64,000 nt of DNA, from positions 10,416,001-10,480,000 of the forward strand of contig CATNEN010000007.1 in NCBI GenBank assembly GCA_950097015.1. Reading direction: 5' to 3'. Positions 1 to 11,900 of the stretch are shown in pieces (within the stretch, counting starts at the first letter, position 1; every line of letters begins with the position of its first letter). The notes beneath the pieces are model-generated. The model did no database searches. It was not told the DNA's origin and was given only the letters and a program-made list of their open reading frames with translations. Source of the stretch: Macrostomum hystrix. Taxonomy: Eukaryota > Animalia > Platyhelminthes. A program made the translations under genes and the position numbers.

Positions 1-710
1 CCGCTCTCTCCGCGACCCATCCGCTCTCTCTGCGACCCATCCGCTCTCTCCGCGACCCCATCCGCTCTCCATGCGACCCATCCACTCTCCATGCGACCCA
101 TCCACTCTCCATGCGACCCTTCCACTCTCTATGCGACCCTTCCACTCTCTATGCGACCCTTCCACTCTCTATGCGACCCTTCCACTCTCCATGCGACCCA
201 TCCACTCTCCATGCGACCCATTCACTCTCCATGCGACCCTTCCACTCTCCATGCGACCCATCCGCTCTCCATGCGACCCTTCCACTCTCCATGCGACCCT
301 TCCACTCTCTATGCGACCCTTCCACTCTCCATGCGACCCTTCCACTCTCCATGCGACCCTTCCACTCTCCATGCGACCCTTCCACTCTCTATGCGACCCT
401 TCCACTCTCTATGCGACCCTTCCACTCTCTATGCGACCCTTCCACTCTCTATGCGACCCTTCCACTCTCCATGCGACCCTTCCACTCTCCATGCGACCCT
501 TCCACTCTCCATGCGACCCTTCCACTCTCCATGCGACCCTTCCACTCTCCATGCGACCCTTCCACTCTCTATGCGACCCTTCCACTCTCTATGCGACCCT
601 TCCACTCTCTATGCGACCCTTCCACTCTCTATGCGACCCTTCCACTCTCCATGCGACCCTTCCACTCTCTCTGCGACCCTTCCGCTTTCTCTGCGACCCT
701 TCCGCTCTCA
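1..710. repeat. 20-bp minisatellite (TCCACTCTC[C/T]ATGCGACCCT-like) in an EXOC8 intron
   Basis: Direct 20-bp periodicity; ends ~55 bp from the EXOC8 donor at 764-765. Confidence 0.97.
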
Positions 711-765
711 ACGCCGCCTTCCAGGCCAAAATCGCCGGGGCCAACCAGAGGAGGCCATCACATAC

Positions 766-3700
766 CCAGTGTCCGGTCGGTGGCGTCAGGGTTGAACTGG
801 CGTACAAAGGCGAGGAACTCCTCTGTCTCCTTGCGAGTGCCCCGCTTCAGCACCACCCATTTCTCCTCGGCGGCGCGTGACGTGGCAGCGTCGATGAGCT
901 TCCGCGCCTGCCGCTCGATGCCAGCCTGCCAGGCCTCCAGGCAGGCGGCCTCCAGCATGAAGGCGGCCTGCACGCGCTCCGAGTCGTTGACGGACTTGGC
1001 AGCCTGCTTGGCGGCGGCCCAGCCGTTGGCAAACTCAGCGAAGCTGGCAGGGGCCAGCACTCTGTGCAGCCGCTCCGCCAGCTGCTCCACCTGCGCAGGT
1101 GTGGGGCGAGCAGTAATTATCCCCAGGATGTGAGGAGGATTTTAGCGCCTAAAGCCATTTGGATGCGGCTTGACTCAAACCCACCTCATGCCGGCACCAG
1201 CGCAGTAGGGCGCTGTTGGCCTCGCGGCCGAAGCCGGCCAGGCCGAACTCTTTTAGCGACTCGACCAGCGTCTTGAAGAAGGCGGCCGCGATGCGCTTAG
1301 CGTAGAGAGCCTGCGAGTCCTCCAGCTTGACGTTGTCAACCAGGTGCCGCCGGATGCTGGAGCGCAGGTGCAGAAAGTACTCTGCAGCTTCGGCCGCTTT
1401 GCCTAGCCGGACCAGCTCGCGCACCGCCTTGCGGGAGGACTTCGGGCCGCCGCGCAGGGACACGTGAGGCGGGATCTGCAGCTCCCTGGAGGCAAGGGGT
1501 GGCAGTGCGCCGGCTATCCACGAGTATTCCTAGGCGATAATTTGTTTGTTGCTCCCTACACTACTACAGGGAAATTTTTTAACTGGGCGCCTAGTTTTTA
1601 CAATTGGCCAACTGGGGAAAGCTTTAACAGATTTGAGACTCGGCCAACTAAGATAAGAATGCTATTTATAACTGAGGGATATACCTGGTTTATTTTATTT
1701 TCCTCGCTATGCAGTGAGGGAAGTTTTTACTAAACTAGCAATTGCACAAGTTGTGATTTACTATACTCGCATATGTAGGAAACCTAAGAAGCTAGAAGGA
1801 ATTAAAAAGAATCGGCTGTGCTCACTGATTAGCAGTCTAACTACAGCTCTGAGCAGTGCTCACCAGATCAGCAGTCTAATCCGAGCTCTGAGCAGTGCTC
1901 ACCAGATCAGCAGTCTAATCCGAGCTCTGAGCAGAGCTCACCCGATCAGCAGTCTAATCCGAGCTCTGAGCAGAGCTCACCCGATCAGCAGTCTAATCAT
2001 AGCTCTGAGCAGTGCTCACCCGATCAGCAGTCTAACCACAGCTCTGAGCAGTGCTCACCCGATCAGCAGTCTAATCCGAGCTCTGAGCAGTGCTCACCAG
2101 ATCAGCAGTCTAATCCGAGCTCTGAGCAGAGCTCACCCGATCAGCAGTCTAATCATAGCTCTGAGCAGTGCTCACCCGATCAGCAGTCTAATCACAGCGC
2201 CCTTGCGCAGATCGATGCGGCCCTTGAGCACTCGCAAATGCGGCCGGGCCTCCAGGCGTTTGTAGCACTCCAGCAGCAAGTCCACCGCCTTCTCAAAGCG
2301 TCGCTCAGCAATGAGAACGTCCAAGTCGTCGGGCTTGTCTTCAAACCAGGCCGCCTCGGTGTCCTCCGGGCTTCGCGAAGCAGCAGGCGATGGCGGCGTC
2401 GTAGCGGCAAAGCCGGGTCGGGCGCTAGTTGTGCCCGAGTGCAGCAGCGTCGGTTGGCGCTTGGCCGAGTCCAAAATGGCCTTCGCCAGCTTCGCCGAGC
2501 GGACCTTCTCTATCTGTGAAGTTGAAGGGGCGACATGTGTTAGTAAACCCATGAAACAGCTGCGCATAATTCCCGAGTTAAATCAATCTCTCACCCAAGC
2601 CGTCGCCTCGTCCGCCGAGCCCACGCTGAAGACTCGAGTCTCCGGGAAGACGCGAATCTTCACCAAGTTGCCAAACTGCGCCGCCCCGGAGGAGCCGCCG
2701 CCTCCAGCGCCAGCTGCAGAGTTAACTCCTTCGGGCGATGTTGATGCAGCCGCGGAGGTCGGGTGGAAACTCTCGATGTCGTGCCTGGAGGCCACGCCGC
2801 TAAATGAGACGGTGTCCAGCTCGATGAGCTCCAGCAGCGTCAGCTTCCTACTGGCGGCATCGGGACCGCCAACAGAGGCCAGGAGGACGCAGTCGTTGAG
2901 CAGGAACAGGTAGAACTCGCCGATTGGATGCAGGCCGGCGGGGCTGACCTCGGTGCAGTCGCCGTGGTGCAGCATGACGCGGTTGGGGACGTCGGCGACG
3001 TCAGAGCTGCCCTCCACGCGCTCCAAGATGTAGGAGAGAGCCTTGCGAGAGTCGGTCTCGGTGGCTGCTGCGGTGGACGCACCGAGCGAAGCGGACGAGG
3101 CGGCGGAGTCGGAGCGCGGCTTGCCATCGGCGCCGACCAAATCGCTGAGGCGAAAGTCGGTGAGCACCTCCAGCAGGTGGCGCTGGTCCTTCAGCATGCC
3201 GCTCATGACCTGCATCTCAGCCTCCAGCAAGGCCACCTCCTTTGCTGCCTCGATGAACAGCTGATAGTTCTGGTACACCGCCTTCTTGATGTTGCCGTCC
3301 GTCTCCTCAATGATCTGCTGCACCATGGCTTCGATGTCGCCCGTGTTGTGCTCACCTCGTTGCACCAGGTCCTTCACGACTACAGATAAACAAACAAATG
3401 GTGGGAGGGGCTGCAGAATAAAGAAATGAAAATACGAAGCGATATCTAAGTAGAGGGTCAACAAGTTTTGCAACTTTCTCCAGAATTTTTGTTCATAACA
3501 TGCATGATGGAAAAACAAGGGCTTGGCCTTGTCCTTTTTACTAATACTTTTTACTCCTTTTTACTACGTCCTTTTTTACTCGTACATGCAGAGCTTTTCT
3601 TCCCAATTCTAATTGTTTTTTTTAGTAGAGTAGATCATAGAGGGTCCTAGTAAAGTAGTGGCCATGAAATCCAAGATAGTTAACTCAGATTTAAAATGTC

Positions 3701-4476
3701 TTATCTACTGACATTACCTGTTAAGAGATACAAAATTTTATAGTACAATACTTATATTATGCTATCTCTCAACAATTTCTTGCTTAAGACTTTGCAATAG
3801 ACAAAAAAATAAAATACAAAAAGTTCACTTGATTTCAGTTAGAACTACCTAAACACCTATGCCTCTGGTTTGCTAAAAATCAACAAAATTCATATATTAT
3901 ATACAATTAGAAGTTGGGCATAATTTCTCTTTTCTGAACCTGCCAGAGCATAAAACTTCTGTACATTGTCAACAGTGTTATAAAAAATTGCCTGCTGATA
4001 CAGTATATATATGCTACATCTTTTTCAAAAGGACATAGTTCAGTATCTAGATAAAAAACTAACATGTCATCTGACAAGACTAATTTAATAAATATTATAT
4101 TTTTATAAAAAGAATATTTAAATTTATTTCAAATAAATTCATTTATTTTTAAAGCAAGTGTTACAAGCTGACAGAAATGTATTGACTAAAACAATATTCA
4201 TTGTTGACAAAAGGTATACAAATGAAGCTATCAGATCATTTCAATCAATGTGATTGAATTTTTGACGAATTTATTTTCCTATAAAATATACGATACAATC
4301 ATTGTGATCATTTTTACATTTAGAAATTCATAAACTACAAAGTAAAAAATCTAGCTCCCTTAAAAAAGTATATCCTTACAATCCAAAGGATTATCCTTTG
4401 CTCGGAGAATGCGTTTTAATCCGGTACTCGCAGTAGAGTGGGACACATCTTTTCTTTCAGTTACATCAGTAGCCAT
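766..4476 (-). CDS. EXOC8: Exocyst complex component 8 (Exo84), 3'-partial; exons 4476-4380, 3379-2595, 2513-2176, 1485-1185, 1090-766, continuing past the left edge
   Basis: All junctions are GT-AG and phase-consistent (615 codons so far). Translation MATDVTERK...NPLDFVKDLVQRGE...NIKKAVYQNYQLFIEAAKEVALLEAEM (Vps51/Exo84 N-terminal motif), a PH domain (FYLFLLNDCVLLA), WFEDKPDDLDVLIAERRFEKAVDLL and SLRGGPKSSRKAVRELVRLG all match recalled EXOC8 motifs. Confidence 0.92.
1819..2195. repeat. 39-bp minisatellite (~10 copies) that includes the EXOC8 exon 3 end and donor
   Basis: CTCAC recurs at 1859, 1898 ... 2171 (period 39), plus a degenerate copy at 1821. Confidence 0.95.
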
Positions 4477-5952
4477 GACAAATGTAAACTAATTAGATAA
4501 TAGATGCACTAGAAACCAAAGCAGCTGAAAGAAACAAAGCTCACAAAAAGCTAAATTACTATGTTCTTCGACTATTTAAAAAAATTCACTTATTAAGCTT
4601 TTCTTTATTGGTTAATCGCCCTCAGATGCAGAGAGCAAAGGTTTTTTAAGGAAGGTGTCTTTTATATAAAGATCTTGAATTTCTATTAAATCTTCAATTT
4701 TAAATTGTTGCATAAATTGAAAAAAATAAATACAGAGAACCATTTACATACGATTATTTTTTCCTCTAAGTTTAGGTATTTTTTCTTATTTAAAAGGCTT
4801 GGTTTTTTACATACTAAATTCGATTTGATTAACTGTTATTTTAGTTATCACATTTAACTTGCACGACTTTTCTAAGATATACATCCGATAATAAAATTTT
4901 TTATGGATCTGCATCTGCAACGGTGGAAATAGTTTAGGTTCTTAGGGATTATTAAACATTTGCATGCTAGTTAGTATACTTTCATGACACCAAACAAGCA
5001 TGTCTTGATCAATTCCATATTTGATTTAGGGTAGATGAATCTACCCTACATGTTATATTCAATTTAATAATAATATTTTAATTAACATATTTCCTATTAT
5101 GGCTTACTAAATGAAATAAATATTGTAATGGCCTACAATTAATGAGTTACGATTTTTCTACCTAGGACAGTCTAGGAAAGTTTTTCATCGTGAAAAAAAT
5201 AGGAATTTTTGCTTTTAAAATCAATTGTTTTGGATAGGTCATTAAAGCTTATAGCTAAATAATAGCTACTTCAGGCAATATTTTTATTTATACTTTGTTT
5301 GATTCACCAATTAAAGTGCATTTAAATCTACTGAGAAGAAAATGTGTATTATTGCAAGTAAAAAACTAAGGCACTAGAAAAATTAGTAAAAAATGGACAT
5401 TTTTATTATAGAAAATGTTGAGTGGTATCACATGATTATCTGAATTATTAGACATGTCTGATTCTAATAAGTATATATCGCTGGCATTATATGTTGCATC
5501 GGAATTGTATAAGTATTCAAAATATTTTGTATTTATTTACTATATTTTTTACAGATTTTTGTTACTTAAAGCTTTTCTATTCTGTTTGTATTAAAAAATT
5601 CAAGATTTTTGTTGACAGAATGTCATTGAATTCTAAGGTCATCATTTTTATATAATTTTTTAGAAAACTTAAGTTTCTTTACTGTAAGATTTTGAGACAA
5701 AAATATTTATTTTCAGCGCTACACTCAAGAATGAGATTTTTTTACTTTGAATAAATATTCTTCAGTTTTCTCCATCTCCCTGCCTCCCACAGAGGCACAT
5801 GGTCTAGATTGGCCAAGTGGCGCTGCGCCCCTCAACATCTGAGCCCATCGTTTCCCTTTCCTCGGCTTGCACTGGCCCGACATCGTCCCGTCTCCATTGC
5901 GAGCCTCGAACCTTTGAAAGGCAAGCAGATTGCAAGACAGTGAGAGACGATC
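4477..5952. promoter_or_regulatory. AT-rich divergent (candidate bidirectional) promoter region
   Basis: Lies between opposite-strand start codons at 4476 (-) and 5953 (+). Visibly AT-rich from ~3500 to ~5760 compared with the GC-rich flanks. Confidence 0.5.
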
Positions 5953-8900
5953 ATGTCTGATTGGCTGGTACCTGCGGCTGCAGTTGGAGCCTCCGCCACT
6001 AGCCCGCTGCTGCCCACCACCACCTTCGGCGTCAGCGGCATCAGCACTAGCGGCCTTGGCGCTGGCATTGTCGACCATCTGGACGTCATCAATGGCGGCG
6101 GTGATGGCTGCCTTCTGATGGACAACGTTGGCATCGCCGACGAGCCGGAGGTCCTCGGCCTGGAGGCAGCTGCTCTGCCGGCCTCGGAGGCCTCGGAGAA
6201 TCAGTGCCTGCTCAGCGAAGACCTCTATAGGCTGTCAAGCGTGCGCCGCACCTGGAAGAAAGAGAGCCTGGAGCTCTGGGCGTTAAAAGACGACGCCGGC
6301 TACGTGTTGGAGAGCCGCGGCGGCTCCTTCAGTCGGCAGTTTCAGCGGGCTCAGGTGCGCCGCTTTCTGTTTAAATGTGGTTGGCCGCACTCTTTGGCAG
6401 GTAGATTGATACAATATGACTTTCTACTCTTAGCAGTACTGTCACTAAAATTCATCTTTTTACTGAAGGTTCGCGCCTGGGTCGAGCTGACGGGAAGCGG
6501 TACCGGCGCCGGTGTCAGTTTGACCATCCCAGCCGGTCGGCTAAAAGACCGCCTGGTGTTCGGTGTGCGCTTCATCTCCGACTCCGCGGCCGACACTGGG
6601 CTGGAACTCCCGTCGCCAAGCCCCGGCGGCGCGAAATGGCAGCGATTCAGAGCGGTGTCGGTGCACCAGATGTACCGCTGGATGCTGGTGCTGCGGCGGC
6701 TGTTTCCTGATCCGGCCTGCCCCGAGCCGCGGCCTGGCCTGGACTTTGTTTCCCATGGCAACGAGGTTTGTACTGCGTGGCTGTGTACTCAAGTCGGCTC
6801 GGCTCAAAGACAGCGTTTTAAGCTTAGAAGAAGAAGTGGAACAGTGATACCCGCGATGCCGACTTGGCCAATTTCGCCGGTCATTATTTGGCTGTTGGCT
6901 TCGGCTCTCTTCCAGATAGGCTTCCGCCTGGCTAACGCCAAATGCTTCATCTCTCTAGCGCTGTGTTTGGGCTGCCTGTCTTCCTCAAGTGCCGCCGGGG
7001 TCACCCGCTTCTTGTTTTCCCTCGCTGCCAAGAGGCGCCGGTCGGGGTCGGACATTACCAAAACACGCCCCAGGCAGAAAAATCCTTCAGTGTCTGCCAC
7101 GCCCACCGTGCCAAAAGTAATACTCGTAATTTATTACCTGCGCCCAGGTGCACCGGGTGGCTGGAGGCCTAATTAAAAAATATGTTACTGTCTTGGCAGC
7201 CAAGGAGACATGACAGTCATAAATAAGCGGTTGGTCCACATTCTCGAGCACGGGATCACCAAGGTTTTAATTTTAACTGTCAGGTGACCACGAATAAAGG
7301 GGAGCTGTAGGAGGCAGCTGTACTAGGGGAGATAGATGGAGGCAGCTGTACTAGGGGAGATAGATGGAGGAAGCTGTAGGAGGCAGCTGTACTAGGGGAG
7401 ATGGTTGGAGGCAGCTGTAGGAGGCAGCTGTACTAGGGGAGATGGATGGAGGCAGCTGTACTAGGGGAGATGGATGGAGGCAGCTGTACTAGGGGAGATG
7501 GATGGAGGCAGCTGTACTAGGGGAGATCGATGGAGGCAGCTGTACTAGGGGAGATGGATGGAGGCAGCTGTACTAGGGGAGATGGATGGAGGCAGCTGTA
7601 CTAGGGGAGATGGATGGAGGCAGCTGTACTAGGGGAGATGGATGGAGGCAGCTGTACTAGGGGAGATGGATGGAGGCAGCTGTACTAGGGGAGATGGATG
7701 GAGGCAGCTGTACTAGGGGAGATGGATGGAGGCAGCTGTACTAGGGGAGATGGATGGAGGCAGCTGTACTAGGGGAGATGGATGGAGGCAGCTGTACTAG
7801 GGGAGATGGATGGAGGCAGCTGTACTAGGGGAGATGGATGGAGGCAGCTGTACTAGGGGAGATGGTTGGAGGCAGCTGTACTAGGGGAGATGGATGGAGG
7901 CAGCTGTACTAGGGGAGATGGATGGAGGCAGCTGTACTAGGGGAGATGGTTGGAGGCAGCTGTACTAGGGGAGATGGTTGGAGGCAGCTGTACTAGGGGA
8001 GATGGTTGGAGGCAGCTGTACTAGGGGAGATGGTTGGAGGCAGCTGTACTAGGGGAGATGGATGGAGGCAGCTGTACTAGGGGAGATCGATGGAGGCAGC
8101 TGTACTAGGGGAGATGGATGGAGGCAGCTGTACTAGGGGAGATGGTTGGAGGCAGCTGTACTAGGGGAGATGGATGGAGGCAGCTGTAGGAGGCAGCTGT
8201 ACTAGGGGAGATGGATGGAGGCAGCTGTACTAGGGGAGATCGATGGAGGCAGCTGTAGGAGGGAGCTGTACTAGGGGAGATGGTTGGAGGCAGCTGTACT
8301 AGGGGAGATGGTTGGAGGCAGCTGTACTAGGGGAGATGGTTGGAGGCAGCTGTACTAGGGGAGATGGATGGAGGCAGCTGTACTAGGGGAGATGGTTGGA
8401 GGCAGCTGTACTAGGGGAGATGGATGGAGGCAGCTGTAGGAGGCAGCTGTACTAGGGGAGATGGATGGAGGCAGCTGTACTAGGGGAGATCGATGGAGGC
8501 AGCTGTACTAGGGGAGATGGATGGAGGCAGCTGTACTAGGGGAGATGGATGGAGGCAGCTGTACTAGGGGAGATGGATGGAGGCAGCTGTACTAGGGGAG
8601 ATGGATGGAGGCAGCTGTACTAGGGGAGATGGATGGAGGCAGCTGTACTAGGGGAGATGGATGGAGGCAGCTGTACTAGGGGAGATGGATGGAGGCAGCT
8701 GTACTAGGGGAGATGGATGGAGGCAGCTGTACTAGGGGAGATGGATGGAGGCAGCTGTACTAGGGGAGATCGATGGAGGCAGCTGTACTAGGGGAGATGG
8801 ATGGAGGCAGCTGTACTAGGGGAGATGGATGGAGGCAGCTGTACTAGGGGAGATCGATGGAGGCAGCTGTACTAGGGGAGATGGATGGAGGCAGCTGTAC

Positions 8901-11900
8901 TAGGGGAGATGGATGGAGGCAGCTGTACTAGGGGAGATGGTTGGAGGCAGCTGTAGGAGGGAGCTGTACTAGGGGAGATGGATGGAGGCAGCTGTACTAG
9001 GGGAGATGGTTGGAGGCAGCTGTACTAGGGGAGATGGTTGGAGGCAGCTGTACTAGGGGAGATGGATGGAGGCAGCTGTACTAGGGGAGATGGATGGAGG
9101 CAGCTGTACTAGGGGAGATGGTTGGAGGCAGCTGTACTAGGGGAGATGGTTGGAGGCAGCTGTAGGAGGGAGCTGTACTAGGGGAGATGGATGGAGGAAG
9201 CTGCAGGAGGCAGCTGTACTAGGGGAGATCGATGGAGGCAGCTGTACTAGGGGAGATGGATGGAGGCAGCTGTACTAGGGGAGATGGATGGAGGCAGCTG
9301 TACTAGGGGAGATGGTTGGAGGCAGCTGTACTAGGGGAGATGGTTGGAGGCAGCTGTACTAGGGGAGATGGTTGGAGGCAGCTGTAGGAGGGAGCTGTAC
9401 TAGGGGAGATGGATGGAGGCAGCTGTACTAGGGGAGATGGTTGGAGGCAGCTGTACTAGGGGAGATGGTTGGAGGCAGCTGTAGGAGGGAGCTGTACTAG
9501 GGGAGATGGATGGAGGAAGCTGCAGGAGGCAGCTGTACTAGGGGAGATGGATGGAGGCAGCTGTAGGAGGGAGCTGTACTAGGGAAGAGGGTAACTGAGG
9601 GGGAATCTCAGCCTTGTAAGAAGTACTCAAGCCAGCCCATCACTATTCTCAGTGCCCCTGAGTTGATCTGAACTCGCCGCCAATTTGCGCAGGAGTTCCA
9701 GGGCCGCTGGGACAAGTGCCACCCCAGCATGCTGGACGCGCAGCTGTCCCACGAAGCTGCGGCGGCGCACGGCGGCGAGTCTCGCAGCCCGGACGCCGGC
9801 CAGCCCGCTGCCCGGCATCAGCAGGGCCAGCAGCCACCGCCCAGCTATGAGGCCATCATGACCCAGATGAAGTCCTGCCAGGTGCCAGCTGTGGTGAGTG
9901 GAGATTGTACACGGACTTTGGATTCCAACTCCGGTCCTTGTTGCCCGAGCTGCTTCTTCGGTCACTGCGTCACGTGACCGCTTGAGGCTTTCTAGAATAA
10001 ACAGTCTGAAATCTCAAGCGCATGATGGCGTACTGTAGGATGCTTCACGGAGTTTCGCTACTGGCTTTGTAGCTCGGCCGTCCTCTCCGCTTCCGTCTCC
10101 TCTGCTTGCTTATCTGCGCCCTGCTGTCTGGCCTGAGACCCAAGCGGTTATTTCTCTATTTTAACTGCGAGCCTTGTAAATCGCAGATTTTAGCAAAGCT
10201 AATTTATAGCGAACTCATTCTTGGACCTCTCCCAGCCTCACTAGTATCCGCGTGCTTCTGAATTATGCAGTTTTGCCTCGGTGCAAACATGCTTTCTTTG
10301 TGCTGCTTGTGCCATTTCGTATTCATAATTTGCTCGGTGCGAGATCCCAGTTGTACTTTTATGCCTGACTGCCAGCCCTAAGTCAGCTGGGCTGGTGAAT
10401 TGTTCTGCAACCGATCCGTGGGGGTGGGGGTTCTGTGGAGACAGTCCCAGATAGGCCTTTGTTAATCTATGAACAGCGGCTCATGCTGCTAATTAGCTTC
10501 TGTTTCTATTGTTTCTGCAGTTGGCCAGAGAGAAGTTGGGCCCAAGAGATTTGCGCCTACTAATCTAACTGGCCTACGATGTACTTTTAAGATAAGCAAG
10601 TGTGGAAATCCAAGATTCGTGCGAGATTAATTGGCATTAAATAGCTAGCGTCTGACCGGAGAGTGCGTTGAGTGCGTCTGACAGGATGAGCACATAGTAG
10701 ATGGTGTCTGTCAGGATGAGCCCACAGTAGAGAGTGTCTGACAGGATGAGCACACAGTAGAGAGTGTCTGACAGGATGAGCACACAGTAGAGAGTGTCTG
10801 ACAGGATGAGCACACAGTAGAGAGTGTCTGACAGGATGAGCACACAGTAGAGAGTGTCTGACAGGATGAGCACACAGTAGAGAGTGTCTGACAGGATGAG
10901 CACACAGTAGAGAGTGTCTGACAAAATGAGTACACAGTAGAGTGTCTGACAGGATGAGCACACAGTTGTGTGTGTATGATGAGCACACAGTTGAGTGTGT
11001 ATGATGAGCACACAGTCGAGTGTGTATGATGAGCACACAGTCGAGTGTGTATGATGAGCACACAGTCGAGTGTGTATGATGAGCACACAGTCGAGTGTGT
11101 ATGATGAGCACACAGTCGAGTGTGTATGATGAGCACACAGTCGAGTGTGTATGATGAGCACACAGTTGAGTGTGTATGATGAGCACACAGTCGAGTGTGT
11201 ATGATGAGCACACAGTCGAGTGTGTATGATGAGCACACCACTGTATACTTACCAAACGCTCCTCACTGCTCCCTTGCCCGCCAGTTCCGGCAGCAGGAGC
11301 ACACGCCGCCTCCTCTGCAGGCTGTTGGAGCCGACGGAGCCTCTGCGCAATGCCGTAGGCGCCGTCGTCAGGAAGACGACACCTTCCTGCCGCCGCACGG
11401 CCCACCGGTGCGGTGGCCGCTGAACCTCGGCCAGGGCGAGGAGTTCGGCCTGCCAGAGCACGTGCAGCACCTTTGGGATTTCAACCTCGACCGGGCCGTG
11501 TTCGTCGACCACGTCAACAAAACGGTGTTCTACGAAGATCCTCGCGGCGTGGACCGGAACGCGGCCAGCGATCAGCTGCAGCAGCCGTGCCAGCAGCCAA
11601 CCAAGTACATCATCTACCGGGAGCCGGAGGGCCGGCAGAGCTCCACAGCTGATATTCTGCTGTCGCCGGAGAATCTCAACGTTTTGGAGGCCGAGAAGAT
11701 GGCCGAGGCCGCCAGGTCTAAGGTACGGGCGGCCATACGAGCTATTATGGTTGAGCCGGAGTGGAAAAGTGCTGCCATATTCTCATTGATAAAACGAGAT
11801 TTGGGTGAGGGTCAAGTTTAGATTTAGTATCTCACTGTTCTCAAGATTAGGGTGAGGCTCTCATTGTTCTTAAGGTCAGGGTGAGGCATCACTATTCTCA

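Noticed and set aside
71-880. Overlapping long ORFs (MRPFHS... repeats)
   Set aside because: Translations of the stop-free 20-bp array; the real gene here is EXOC8 on the minus strand.
1714-2265. 183-aa ORF with ISSLIRALSSAH repeats
   Set aside because: Antisense reading of the 39-bp intronic array.
6766-7176. 3' extension of ORF 5953-7176
   Set aside because: Probably intron read-through after the donor GAG|GTTTGT; no recognisable protein features.
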